Below are positions 48,801 to 63,000 of a stretch of 64,000 bases of DNA, in pieces. The stretch comes from Ylistrum balloti. Lineage: Eukaryota. The translations under genes and the position numbers were made by a program. The notes beneath the pieces are model-generated. The model saw nothing but the letters and a program-made list of their open reading frames with translations, did not search any database and was not told the DNA's origin. How positions within the stretch are numbered: the first letter of the stretch is position 1; the number at the start of each line of letters is the position of its first letter. Location of the stretch: NCBI RefSeq assembly GCF_031769215.1, contig NW_026782022.1, positions 434,001 through 498,000 on the forward strand, read 5' to 3'.

Positions 48801-51800
48801 ATGGTACATTAAAGAGTTTATGACTACAAAACAACTTAAGTTTAACATTAAGTTATTGATTGTAAATATTTCAGTATTTCTGTTTGTTGTTATTGATCTT
48901 TTTGTCTCATAGAAGTTGATCATCCTACTTTGTCTTTCTAGCTGAGAGGTTATACTGCCCAGTGGTCAGACCTAAAACATGTGCTTGTTTGCAGAGATAC
49001 ATCAACGCTGATGGTGAGCTGAATTCAGAGACATTAATTGTATGTTTTTATAATGGTGTACTATATTACTGATAGCAAAAGCAAAGTTGTTAAAGAGGGA
49101 TTAGTCATCTATGATATTTAATATAGTATACACATAACATACCTGTATTATCTTAAACCAGAAATATGAAATTCATACACCAGTGTTAATTTTTGTTATT
49201 CTGACAATTTAGTTTAGCTTGTCCAGGCACTATCTCCTAGACAAATAGTTCTGGTTCTTCATACTTGGGGTATGGATTCACCTTGGTGAGGTGGTGTGTC
49301 GTGTATCAAAATTAGGTCACTCTGATCAATATTATGACCTTCTATTTGCACCATAGAAAATTTTTTTCAGGGCTCTATATCATACACTACTAGTCACTGG
49401 AACTTTCTACTTTGGGTATGGATTCAACTTGGTGAGGTGTTGTGTTGTGTATCAAAATCAGGTCACCCTGACCTACAATTTGACCTTCACAAGTATCAAA
49501 CAAAACTGGCCATGCTTGATCTCCTACACTGCTAGTCATTTGAACTTCGTAGTTGGTGTCTTGGTTCACCTTGGTAAGACAATGTGTCAGTGGGGGACTG
49601 TAATTCACTGAATTTTCTAGTGTCAGAAGTACTGGATGGAACTGCCTCTGATTTACAATATAAAACACAGTGTAAACAAGTTTAGGTGTTGAGAAAGCAA
49701 CAGTTCATATTTGGGATTTTAAAAAAAAAGGAAATTTTGAATAAGATTCAATAAACAGTTTTAGTTAGATGGTGAAAAATAGGATAATCAGGATATTAGA
49801 AATAGAACTGTTTATTTTTGTCTCTATTGTTATCATATGATAGATGTTCATCTTATGTTTTCTTCTAAAACAGCCAAACTTGAGCTTGATTAAAAACTAT
49901 TGTAAATAGGTTATCGATACATTTATTAATACATTTATCAATATGAATATGGGTTCTAATTACAAAGGTGAGTCTGATGAGTTTGATAAACGAGCTAAAG
50001 CGATGATTGACTTGTTGATGAAGGCCAGGGAGCTCAGCACAGAGAAGTGTTATACTAAGGATATTGAGTCCAAAAGAAAGTAAGAACATGACATCAAAGA
50101 TCAACAATATGGCCATTGGGATATGATAATAATATTAGAATTTTTAACAATGTGTTTTCAAGGTTGTAATTTTTTTTTTAAAAGTCATCAGATCCATATT
50201 TTAAACATTGCTAAACCTTCAAAGAAAATTTTCAAAAGTTGTGAAAGTTTGGTGTCACTTTAATTGAATCAAATTAAAGAGAATCACATTCATTCTTCAT
50301 TGGATTTATGTTCATTCAGTTAAATGCTTATTTTTTCTTTTAAATTGCAGCTTATGTGTACATTGTATGTACCATCTATTACTTGTGCAGTACACAATAG
50401 TTTACTTGTTAAGATACTATTGTAAATTTGAAATAATATAAAATGGCTTGATAGTCTAAATCGAAAATTATGTTGTTTAATTGTCATGTTGTTTCTGCTC
50501 ATAACTTAAAGAACATAACACATTTTGTGATTATTGTTTGTAGGAGAACAGGACTTAAAAATTTAGGTATAGGAATAGGAAATGGGCAAAAACGATCCAA
50601 GGCTTTTGAAGAGTTTGTTCTTACTCAGAGAGAACACTTGAAGAATGAATTGAAGCTGTGTGAGAGGGCAGTCCAGAAAGTTCTTATGTACTCCAATAAT
50701 TTCCTTCATAAGAAGCTTGTCACTGAAAAGGTAATAATCTGCATAGACAAAGTATTGGTCATTATACAAATTCCTCAGCACAGATTAGATAAAAAAAAAT
50801 AGCTAATTAAATGTACACAAGGTATTTATCTTGTTGATTTTTGTCATTAACATTCTATTGTTTTAGAGTTAAACATTCATTTTGAAATATTATTATTAGC
50901 CAAGTGATTAGTTTTGGTTTTACATGTTCATTACATGCTGGAGTTAATGTACTAACTCTTACTAAAACACAAAGACAGTTGTGATATTGGACATGGTGTA
51001 ATTATCATGACACAGCATCACTGTGTGGGATGCTGCACACACTTGTGCAATTTTGTAAACATACATATATTATTTTGTACAATATGTTCATTGCTGTTAC
51101 ATATTGGAAATGAAGATTATTTTCACTAAAAATTTGATTTTTATGTACATAGCTCTGGTGAAAAATAGGTACAAAATATTACCTGAATACATCTCTTTTC
51201 AGAAAGAAAAAAAATGAAATAATATAGAAGGAATTTCTACAAATTTTCCTCCTGATATTTTTAAACTTTACTAAAAAAGGGGAAAGAAGAGTGGTTTTTT
51301 TAGCTTGTTCTTCTTTTTAAAGAGAGCCTGGCTTACCAAATTAAGTTGATAAACTACAACACACACACTGTGTCAAAATGTCATGTATGGTTATTTTTAC
51401 TATTTGATTATTGTATACTCAAACTGGCAACCTTTCTAGCTCTTGTTGTTCACATTTAAAGCTTGAAACTGGTTACATGTGGGCATTTTGTCAGCCAAAC
51501 ACTGGCAAGCATTGTGTGATTCAATTTTGTGCACACATCATACTTTCATTATTATGTTAATTCCCACAGTTGTTTTTTCTTCTGTTCTATTTATAAAAGG
51601 AACTACCTTGGCTCTAAAAACAGGGAAAGTTATTTACATTTACTTGCAAATATAGTTGTTTATGTCACGTATCATAACTGTGACTTTCCATATATGTCTA
51701 GATAGATGCTATCCCACTGACAACCACCAACACTCTGATACTAGTTAATTGACTTTTTTTATTTTTAAAATACCAATTGTTAACCTGGTGCTTGGTGGTT

Positions 51801-52391
51801 ACAGCGTTTGTTTTGATGTTGATGAATGTATACTGATTGATTACAGAGTTTATGTCGTGCTAAGCCTGTAAATGGAATGGCTAGGAAGGGCCTTCTGCAG
51901 CCATTTGATGCAATTTCCCAGATTCGATGTTGTGTGGACAATTGCATCATGGTATAGTATTTTTTATAGTAAATGGAGACAGGACTTTTTGTGTTAAATC
52001 TGTGCCACAATACTAGCAAATATCACATAGAGGATCTTATGTGAGTCTCCATTTCATATGAGATTTATGAAAAATAGTGTAAATTTCATAATTTACACAC
52101 CTGATATAAAAGGGCATGACATCACAAGCCAAATGACATCTTGAATTTTTAATGTCTGAATGGACACATCAAAAGGGACCCTTCTGCTGGGTGTAATTGC
52201 TTTTGTGGTAGCAAATTTTATATAATGGATGTTATTGAACTGATCAATAACAGCCAGGGTACAAAAATGTAATTGATATGGAATGAAAATACAAACCATA
52301 ATATTTTCTGCAATTTACAAATAATACACATTGGTTGATACATTACAATAAATTGTAAACCTTTCATATATCAACTTAAGTTTAACCTTTG

Positions 52392-52452
<61 letters not shown>

Positions 52453-55400
52453 TCATAAGAATGTGTTTTCAGATGGCAATCACTCATAAGAAGTTGCTGC
52501 AGGATTGGAGAAACAGAGCTAACAAAGGTCAATCAGAGCACAGGAGAGTCATTGCCGAAATGTTGACACCGTCTGGTAATTTCATAACTTTGTCATTATA
52601 AGGCTTCAGTCAATATGTGATTAATTTGAAGATTGATATTTTTTAATCCAGTAGCAGACAATGGATCATTCAAGTCGCTAATATTCTGTTTTTCCATCAA
52701 AGATGAATGTATAGGAAGTATTTGGTTTCCTTTTTCAGCTGGAGCAAGGACTAACTGTTATACATTCATTACTTTGGTAACTGGTGCATCTCGTAGCACA
52801 ATTGTCCAGGTTAGTCATCAAATGAAGCAAACAGGCGGTGAGAGGGAGCCACCTGCACATGGCATGAAAAAGTTCTGGCAGGGCAATAGTCGTCGTAAAA
52901 GTACAGAGTCGGTCAGTCCGTCTAAAGTTTCCACACGTAAGTTCTGATGATAAGTGTTGGAAGGAAGGAGATTATGTTTTTCTATTTGCCAGACAAAGAT
53001 TATAAGCATATCTCCATGTAAGTGTATTTATAACCTGTTAAATTAACTTTCTGGCTATCACATTCTGTCTCTGACATCACTCTGACAATTATTTGCACTA
53101 ACAGAAATTGTCAAAGCTTAGGGATAGGTTTGCATTAGACTGAAGGTGGATAAGTTGTCTTGCAGTTTTTTATTAGTAATAGGTAAAGGTCACTGAAAAG
53201 AGAAATAGAATTTCAATAATGCTCTTTTTCCTTCAATTTAACAAGACATGACAGTGAGGTATGTTTGCCTTTTACATTGCTTTATAAAGTGGAATATTGA
53301 TCAATATGAAATATATGAGGTAAAGGTCATTTTAATCAAAAGCAAGAATAAAATTTTACTCTTGCCATATCATTTTAGCAATACATATGTACCTATTGGC
53401 ATTATTTGAAGAAACATATCAGTCTAGATACCGATGTGTTTATTTCAACATGATATCATCTGATCAGTCTAGATCTCTATATATTATCAGAATACACTGT
53501 ACTTTGAATCATAGTCATCACTGGCGTACAACAGGAGTTAATTATATGGTATAATTTCTATAGCTGAAAGATGTACTTCCAAATTTAAATTTTGTGTTTT
53601 TTACTTAATTTTTCTGCAGACATGGGGAGAACAACTACCAGTGCTTCTTTCACTCACTCAGTAGTTCCAGTTACTTCTAAACCAAATGTCATGGTATCTT
53701 CCCACAATCCTGCCACACCCACTTCAAACATTATCATCCCAGTGTCTGTGAATACTATCAGCTCAGAGGCATCAAGTGTAAGTATGTAAAATTGTTTGAA
53801 CAGGCATCAATGCTATTCTCAGTACAGTCCTATTGAGTTTTTAGCCCACAATTCCAGGGGCAAGTAAGCTTATGCTGTGGTGCTGCATTTAAGGTTTACT
53901 TTTCCCCTTTAAGGAGATGTTCTCAATAACCAATGGTACCAAGGTACTGATATTAAACCAGCAGCATGCTTGAATGAATGGCTACAAAGTTTGTTCAAAT
54001 GAATGACCTTGACCCTTTTTCAAGTTTGCAGTGGTCAACATGTTCAAATCTTTAAAAGATTTCTTCTCAATAACCAAAAGACCAAAGACAAACTATGCAT
54101 GACCTTCACCCACTTTCAAGGTCACAGGGGTCAAAAGTGTCAAAATATTTAAACAAAACATGAGTCTTTATCATCAGATGATGGCTAAGGCCCATGGGCC
54201 TTTTGTATAATTAACATATCTGTATGTATGGAGATTTTCTGTGTCATTCTTCATATGTTTGCTATTATAATGTTAAAAGCAACCACTTTTTTTTAAAGAA
54301 ATATTGGAAAAACTTAATTTAGCGTGTAAAATTCTCAAGTTTGTGTTATGGAATATTAATTACAATAATATGCCAAAGATTTATTTAGTTATTTTTGATA
54401 GTTATATTAGTGGTACCATTTTGCTGTACTAACAGAAACTATTTTTTGACCAGTTAACAGTGCAGCGACAGCAGCTGATGCAGATACAACAGCAGATGTT
54501 TGAACAACAAGTCCAGCAGCAGCAGCAGCAACATCTTCTACAGCAGCAGTTACTGCAACACACCATAATGCAACAGATTGGACAAGCAACTGATGGAATG
54601 CCACAGGTTTGTACATGTATTGCATAGCTTCATAACTTTTTACTATGGTTCCTTAGCCTACATACTGTACATACCTCAGATGAAGATCTGAGGTGTGAGT
54701 TTCAATACTCCTTCCCCCTTACTGGTTATGTTTCTCAGGAATCTGACTGTTCATAGGGCAGTAAACTGAGCAAACAAAAAACATACAAGTGAATGAAATA
54801 TCAGAAATATTCAATTTAGGAAAAAAACATGTCTGAAAGCCATATCAGTGAAAATATCTTTTTGATATTAAAAATTTTGAATCTGTAATGTGGTAAATAG
54901 GAAATTAATAGTTTTAATTTGTATATCAGATATTTCTCTTAAATTACATTATACACTGAAATCACTCTTAAAAGGAATTACTTATCATTACAAATGTGTG
55001 ATCCAGTGTCTGATGCAACATTACTATACCTAACCCAAAGTTTGATTGCTTTGGTAAGCAGTACTGTATAGTTAAAGGGTGTAGGTCAGTAAGGATACCT
55101 CATTTGCATATATGTCAAGTGTGATTAAATGCTTTTTGTGGTAAAAACATAATGACAAAGTCAGTTCATACATGTTTGAATATGATTATACTAACGATAC
55201 TTCATTGTTAAAAGAATTTGATAGAGTATTATTCCTAATATTTGATTTCTTATGTGTAAAAAAGATTTACAAAATGAAAACTGATGTTACTTGAATCTTC
55301 ATTCTGTTGTCTTTGTCACAGTACATAGAGTAATACCACATTTATTTATAATTAAGTAAGTGCAGATATGCTTGTATCCCCAGAAATGATTCAGGTAGTT

Positions 55401-58400
55401 TTGGATAATAGTTAACATATTTGTCATTGATTGGTATATGATATATGATGACCCAGTTTTCCTATAGTATGGCAATATTTTGTATTGATACAAATCATTA
55501 GAGGATACAGATTTTGTTTCAGAACCTTTCCATGCTACAGACCATGATTGATCAGCTAAATGTGCAGATTCAGAACACACAGCAACAGCTACAGTTGTCT
55601 CTGAGAACTATGAACATGATAGGATCACAGTCTGTTGGCGGTAATAGTACCATTGAATCAACCCAAAATATGTTAACCACAGCTGAAAACATCAGTGGTA
55701 CAGAACCAACATCTCGTAATTATTTAGGAACTACTTGTAACAATGGTGAGTCAGCTCCAAGTATGCATTCAAATCTGCTTCAAATATGTGGGAGCAATGA
55801 AACTGGATCTACTAATCTCCCTCAACAACAACCCAATGTTATAACAACCAGTAACATAAGTTCACAACTCCAGACAAACGATCAAGGAGGATTCGGTCAA
55901 AATACAAATCAAATCTTATCAGCTCTCTCACCACCAGATCAGCAGAACCTCACGTTTTTCAGTCAGCTTTCGCCTTCACAGATGTCAGGACAGACAGAGA
56001 GCCATATGAATACTTCACAAAATTACTTCAATAATATGTCACTGCAGAGCAATGGACAAACAATCATCCAAGTCCAGCAGTCTCCTGTAATTCCTTCCTC
56101 ACAGAATCCAAATTATGTCCAAACTTTCCTGCCTGGGTCACAGCTCCAGAAAGGCCGGATTAGTTCGAATGATAATAGTTCATTAGAGCATTTCATTATA
56201 CAAACCTATCCAAGTGTGAATCAAAGTGTTCAAGATAACATGGTAAGGTGTTCACAAAACAGTGTACTGGTACAACAGTTAAATGCTCCTGTAAACCAAG
56301 CCCCTCGCTTAGCAGGTCCTCCTTTAATGCTGGTCAACCAACAACAGGTTGATTGTGGTGATGGTCTTCCTAGTTCTCACCTAAGTAAGGAGTTGTATGA
56401 TATACCTGAAAATGGATTTCAGCAACAGTCAACCCGAATAGATTCTGAGCATGGTTTATTAAATACTCCTATTTTGGATCTTACTCCAGCTGTTGTAGCT
56501 CCATCTGTAAACATAACTGATCAAACAACCACTGAGAACACTCTTGGAACCGGTCAGACCATTGCAAAGAGCAATCTAGAATCATCGACTATGCTTGACC
56601 CAACAGCTGCAAAAAGTTCATCAGAGACATCAACATCTGATGGCTCATTAGATTCTGTGAATGTGACTCTCCATGCCGCTGAAGATACGCAAAAGTCAAT
56701 GGCAGTGACTGGTCAACATGAGAGAGCACTGGACCAAATGGATGAGACCAGTCAAAACAGTAGAGAGGAAGTAACAGTCTTGAATGATCCAACAAGCAAC
56801 ACAAATACATCTGAATCGGCTATTATGACTAATCTTACTACTATGTCGAGATCAACAGCTAGGACTGTTCAAACTACGATAGACAGTTCTTCATCAAATG
56901 TTATTGTTCAACCAGGTAGTGAAAGTATAGTAACCTCTACTTCTGAAGGCATTCAGTCTGGTACCAAGTCAGTCAGCGATAACTCCCAGTCTGTGGTTTA
57001 CGACAAGTCTGTTTTGTCAGTTTTGGCAAATGACAAAAAATCGTTTCCTAGTAGCACTTCCAACAACCATGTCATTTCTGATTTTACCCCGACCTCAAAA
57101 ACTGCTAATACTCTGTCACGTTCAGACTCTCGGTATCCACATGTGTCCTATTCTTCATCAAACACCAAATCGGCAGTCACTCGATTCCATACGTCGCCAA
57201 AAAGTGCATTCCATACTCCTCAAAAACAATTAGGGGAAAGTGGTACTGCTTGTAATCCTTCTACAGATCACGGGAAATGTCTGCAAGTGCGGAATTCACA
57301 ATCACCGAATGTGAAAGTGGCAACTTCAGCATCAGGCAATTTACATCAAAACTTGAACACAGATACCTTGCCGAATACATGTTTACCAAATGCCACCATA
57401 GCTTCATTTTCAACTGGTAAACAACGAAATAGAACTACACGTCGTAGTGGGGTGACTAAGGTAACACAAAGTCGATCACAAAATTCTGTAACAATTGTGA
57501 CATCTACGTCTTTGGACACAAGTACATATGTCTCTGTTCCAATGATTCAAGGGGTACAAAAACGAAGTAATCCGTCCTTCAAACAGTTAACAGCGTTGCC
57601 TGTTTTTGTTAACCAGCAGTCTAAGAATCGTCAGTCATTGTTTTCCCAGCAAGGCGTTTCTCGAACGAACCCGTCAGTGTCAGAAATCCATCAGCGTTTG
57701 CATGAAAATGTGTCCATTACAAGTAAGGTGCCAATTCAGCATAATTCAACGACCGTTTATGCATCAGCAACTATGGCAGAAAAGCGCAGCATTATAGTTG
57801 ATGTCATTCCTACATCAACAGACACTACGAGAACTCACCAGGCTATACCATCACCATTAATAAGTTCCTCTGGATCAAGAAATGATGGAACAGATTTTCA
57901 GACAGTAATCCCCAGTTCACTTATCACTCAAGATTCCATGCCTCAGAGTACACATGTTACTGCCAAAAGTCTTTCAGTCGGTTCAAGAATCGGAGTTTCG
58001 AATCTGGCTAGTTCAGTGAATAAATCTACCGAAGGTTTAAGCGGGAGTACTACAGACAAGAACATGCCCTTCAACTCCTTGCCACCAGTTATGAAGTCAT
58101 TTTCTGATACTTCCCATACATTCTTGAACTTTTCCGGACCGCAGTTACAGCACAAGATCGGTTCTGTGCATCAGAATAACAATGAAAGACGTGTTGCTGG
58201 AAATAGCATACGCCAACAAATGACAAACAAGTTCGTTTCGACGCAAGGCATTTCAACATCGACTATGCATATGGGATCACATGAGACTCCTGTTAGCGAC
58301 AGTTTTCAGCCTATAAATTGTACTTTAGTAATCAATCCATCGCAAAATCAGCGTGCAATCGTAGCACAAGGGCAGGGACAAGCAATCATTGGTCAGATTC

Positions 58401-58627
58401 AAACCATGACGCCCAGTGCACCTACACACATACGTCCACAATTAGTAGAAGATCCCAGGAACAGTGGAGATCAAAGAACACAATCGGCACCACCTTTGCC
58501 ATTAGTACACAATACTACCTTAACTATTGATTCCGACACGTTTATGAGGTTGTGTCAACAGGCATCATTGATACGTACACCAGTCGTCAGTATGGATATG
58601 AACACACAAATCAGCAAAAACCTGTAG
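45899..58627 (+). CDS. Uncharacterised ~1580-aa protein: atypical GATA-like Cys4 finger, further Cys-rich region, polyQ exon, ~1000-aa S/T/Q/N low-complexity tail
   Basis: Exons 45899-45982, 46800-46983, 48054-48209, 48551-48682, 48942-49013, 49968-50079, 50544-50730, 51847-51951, 52473-52575, 52739-52936, 53620-53777, 54454-54606, 55523-58627. All introns are GT-AG with matching phases and no stop. AATAAA at ~58720. A small extra exon between 50730 and 51847 cannot be excluded. Confidence 0.82.
49205..49610. repeat. Three degenerate ~150-bp tandem units in an intron
   Basis: ggattca(c/a)cttggtgagg...gtgtatcaaaat..ggtcac recurs at ~49270, ~49420 and ~49565. Confidence 0.65.
52393..52452. repeat. 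(CT)n(AT)n compound microsatellite
   Basis: Directly visible, ~20 nt upstream of the acceptor at 52472. Confidence 0.95.
53838..54206 (-). mobile_element. Helentron/HINE-like element, reverse orientation
   Basis: Begins TTTTTAGCCCAC, ends GGCCCATGGGCCTTTTGT; internal tgaccttgacc / ttcaaggtcaca units. Confidence 0.65.
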
Positions 58628-60049
58628 CATGAATTTACATTGAACATAGCACATTTTCATGTTCATAACCTTTGAGATTTGGTATCAAAGTGTAATTTGC
58701 CTTATATATATTTTACCTGAATAAAGTTATTCTACAATATTGTGATAGTTCCCAAATATAAACCTACAAGACCGGTGTACCATTAATTATATTGTAAATG
58801 CATTGCTTGGGTGAAGTGTATTGTTTACTCATCTAGATGACTTTGAAAGGGATCAGTAGTCAGTAACAACCGAACGAATGGTGTAAACCAGCTGTACATT
58901 GAAATAACGTATAGTTAGAAATATACATTTACACTTATCATACCTTAAAAAAACTTTCATAAGCTCATGTTTATCATAGAACAGTAATGAACGTTTTCTC
59001 TCTACACTAATAACATACATAGTACGATAACTTAATTTCATATAATGAAATTTCCAGAGTGACGACAACACGGTCCAATTCTCTCCAATTCAGGTTTAAT
59101 TCGCATTGTAGACCGTTTTTTAATGTTTCGAATCCAAGCGATCCGTCACCAGAACAATAACAACATACTGTTACATCATCAAAATAGGTAAAAACAGCAG
59201 AATGATGACTATTCCTATAAAACCACAAAAAGTATTGCCCTTCAAATTGGTACCGTGCATTACTCTTCAGCGTTGTATAAAATACATGTATATGGATGAA
59301 CTGTTGTGATATGACATATTAATTACTAAAAAGACCAGGCTTTGCAAACAACACGAACACGATTCAGTGTGTACATCTAAAGTAGTGGTTCATATCCTGT
59401 AATTTCTGTATCAAAATGGTCCAGAAGCATTAGTAGTTACAAATACAATGTTTTTTCTTTATATATGCATGTGCATTGCATTCTTATCTTATCCATATGG
59501 GTGCCATTTTTGACATTGTATTGTTGCATCGTTTTCATCTTTGAAAATATTTCCCTTATAATTATATCTATGGAAAGCATAAATAGAAGACACAGAAAAT
59601 GAACATGCATATTCTCTTATCGATTTCGATTGAAGTAAGCGAGTAGATGTATATTAACATTAATTAAAAGGTCCAAGTTTACTTACTCCTTGTGATTTAA
59701 TGTTGTATTGATGTATGATCTGGTTTTAATTTTTATTTCAAAACAATGAAAACGCTTTAATAGACTTGTACGTTTTTTTAATACTACCACTATTATCTAC
59801 TGGCACACTTAACTATTTCCACTCGCCCTTTCATTTTACACACTGTTCTGTTATAATGGCGAGATACATCAGTTATAAATGAGTCGTGTTACCTTTGAAC
59901 GGTTATTGTAAACGTAAGTATTTGAACATGATGATAACAACAATGCTACAACACTGAACTGTTCCTTTCAGAGCTCCATTTACATTGCGTTTGTAACAAC
60001 TGCAGTATACGATGCAACTGGGTTATAAAACATTAAGTTAGACTTGGTG

Positions 60050-63000
60050 CTAATGGTTTGATAAGCCTTTCATTATCTCCATTGGTAGGGGAAATATTAT
60101 AGTCGAATTCTTCTCGGCAGCGATCGAATTAAGTGTTTGCAAATAGCGAAGCTGAAGGGCAGCTGGACAATCAGACATCACCATAGCGGCTTCTTTCAGT
60201 GCAGCAGATGCTCTCTGTTCACCTTTGGCTGCTAGAACCTGTTTGGACAAATACAGTACAGGTAAGAAGGTTGATTTTTGACCATGAAATGGCATTCAAG
60301 GTTTCTGGTAATTACGTGTTTAGTTCACCTGGTCCGAAGGACCGGTGAGCTTACTTATGCCATACCTCGAGCTTCCGTCAGTCCGTCAACTTTTTCTACC
60401 AATCGCCAATAGTTTTGAACTGATCAGATTTAGCCAAATTTTGTCGGAAGCATCCTTTTGGGGAAGCAGAACTACGTTTGTATCAATGGCGAAGTTTGGT
60501 CTTCAAGGGCCTAAGGGGTGGGACCCATTACGGGAAATTTTGCAAGTTCCTTAAAATCTTACTCCGCCTGTAGCAATGATTTGATTTTGACCAATTTTGA
60601 TGTGGAGCATTTATGGGTAAAGGGAAATTTATGTTCTATAAACGTTGGGCCTCGAACACAGGGCGAGGCCCATTAGGGAATTCTTTAAAATTCTGTAGGT
60701 ATGATTGGGTTTTGCCCGAATTTGTTCTGCAGCATTATTTGCTAAATGGGTAAGAAAGCGGCACCCAATAGGGAAAATTGAGCAAAACATTGAAAATTAT
60801 ACTCCTCCTGTTGGAATTGTGCCCAAAGTGAGTGAAACATTCTTAGGTGAAGGGGGGTCAAATTTGTGTAAAAAGTGGATCTCTTCTCGATTGGGCGGCA
60901 TGTGTGCCGCTCGTTAGGGGAACTGAGCAAATTATTTGAAATATTATTCCTCCTGTAGGAACATGCTCAAAGTTCTGAAGCATTCTTAGGTGAAGGGGAA
61001 CAGTAGATCTTGGGCCACTGCGGAGGAGAGGGACGGGCCTAATAAGGAATATAAAAACCTACTTCTCCGATAGGAATGATAGGATTAGCCCCAAATTTGG
61101 TCTGAAGTATGACTTGTTTGAAACTAATGGGGAAATAGGTATGTGTTATGTGCTTTGATATTTAAAATTCTTTTTCTTTTAGTTTTACTAATGCAATTTC
61201 AGCAAAGCAAAAGTCAAGAGAGCGATATGGACCTCTTGTTTAAGTAAGTTGTTTGTTAGACCAAGCAATGTACAAAGTACCATCGTCAGAATATCAGGGT
61301 CAAAAGTAGTTATTCCGTGGAGATACCTTTGCGCTGGCTTCTCGAGATGCCTCTGCCTCTGCTGCCATAGCTCTCTGTAATTGATGCGGTAACCTGACAT
61401 CTTTTCTGTAATAGACACATTATATTATTCTTTTGATTATTATCGGATGGACGTTCTTTTGTCATCCTTAAAATTTTATATTTCACAGCCATGATCTAAG
61501 GGCGTCAACTACCATGATATTTGTTCCTTTGTCTTATTACCATTATCGTTTTCATAAAATATGTCTTTTTTATATATATTCAATTGATATATTTTTCCAA
61601 CATTTCAGAATAGAAATGGGATGAAAATAAAACTCGAACTTTGGATACCCATGTCCTTACCTATCATTCGTTTTCACGCGTGATCCGATACTATTGCATG
61701 CATTGCAAGAAATAATGAATACGTGCCTTTGAAATAAAACGTTAATGACATTGGCGGAGAAGCAACTAAAAGATCCCCTTTTGATTGGTCGATCCCGTTT
61801 GAAATGAAATATTTCTTTGTGATGTTGTGGTAGTCTTTTAATACGCATCTTCACTTAGAATATTATCTGAACATATCCCATCTGTTATCACTAAATATGC
61901 CTCACGGATATTTCAGTAACGTTTTCCTCGTTGTTACTCCAACTGACTCTCGTTTGTCGTGTACGCTATCATGAACTACATTGTTGAATTTTTATTTTCA
62001 TTTTTCTCTGTTCAATCCTCCTGCTCAATGTCAAACGACATCTGTTCTCCAGTTTCTAAATATCTTTCCTCCTTAGTGACACACTACTTACATTTCTACT
62101 CTCTCCACTTTAATGCCCCACGGATCTGTTGACTCGTCTAGAATTTGCTGAAATTAAATGAAATTCGATTCTGTACACGTATTCAGCAAAGTTGTGTTTT
62201 CCCATTTCGGATATGTTTGGGATCCTAGTTGATAGTGAGCCATAGCTGGGATACACAAAACGAAGTTTAGTATAACCCTTTACATGAGGGATGCGCGCGA
62301 CATTTTCTGCTCGTGGTCATTGTCTTAGTTCTTGAATGCCAGCCTGTATGTTCACGTTTATCATCACTTGAATTCATCACTGTGGTATTGTGATATCACA
62401 TCTTTTGAACAATTTATGACCATTACATTATAAGTTATGGTATTGGCTTGCGTTTGTTTTCTTGTTACGGTTGTATGCTTCGCCTGTAAATGTGATGTTA
62501 TTAGTGGTTCTGTAACTTCTGGGTTGTTTGATACACTCTAAATAGCCTCCAATGACTTATGTTCAACGGATACAAATTCATCTCAAAAGTAGATTTATCT
62601 CACGTCGGTAGCCGATATATGTTAACATTAGCACAGTTGTTGTAAATTCATAGTACTTATAACACTGAGGAGGACGACGAGTTCATCTTATGCAATGGAG
62701 TAAATGTAGTGGCCGGATTATCATTGCTACGTCATGATATAGCGGGTTCAATCATTACAGCCCCATCATAACATTAGCCGTAAAGCTGTAATACGACGGC
62801 AAATTTAAACACATCTACAACAGATCATATGACAAGAAAACAAAATCAAATTTTGAAAAATCGAAGATTTTTAAGTTCCAGTTTCACTGAATTACAGATA
62901 ACCTGCATTTCCTTCGAGATGGTGTCCCTGTCTGCCAGCATTTCGGTCATATTTTTCGTTCCAAGGACGGTTCGCAGTGTTGTGGCTGCTAGAAGGCGAG

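Noticed and set aside
54670-54697. 12-bp hairpin CATACCTCAGAT-GAAG-ATCTGAGGTGTG downstream of the polyQ exon
   Set aside because: Too short for a pre-miRNA, with no second copy or recognisable family; chance or a MITE scar.
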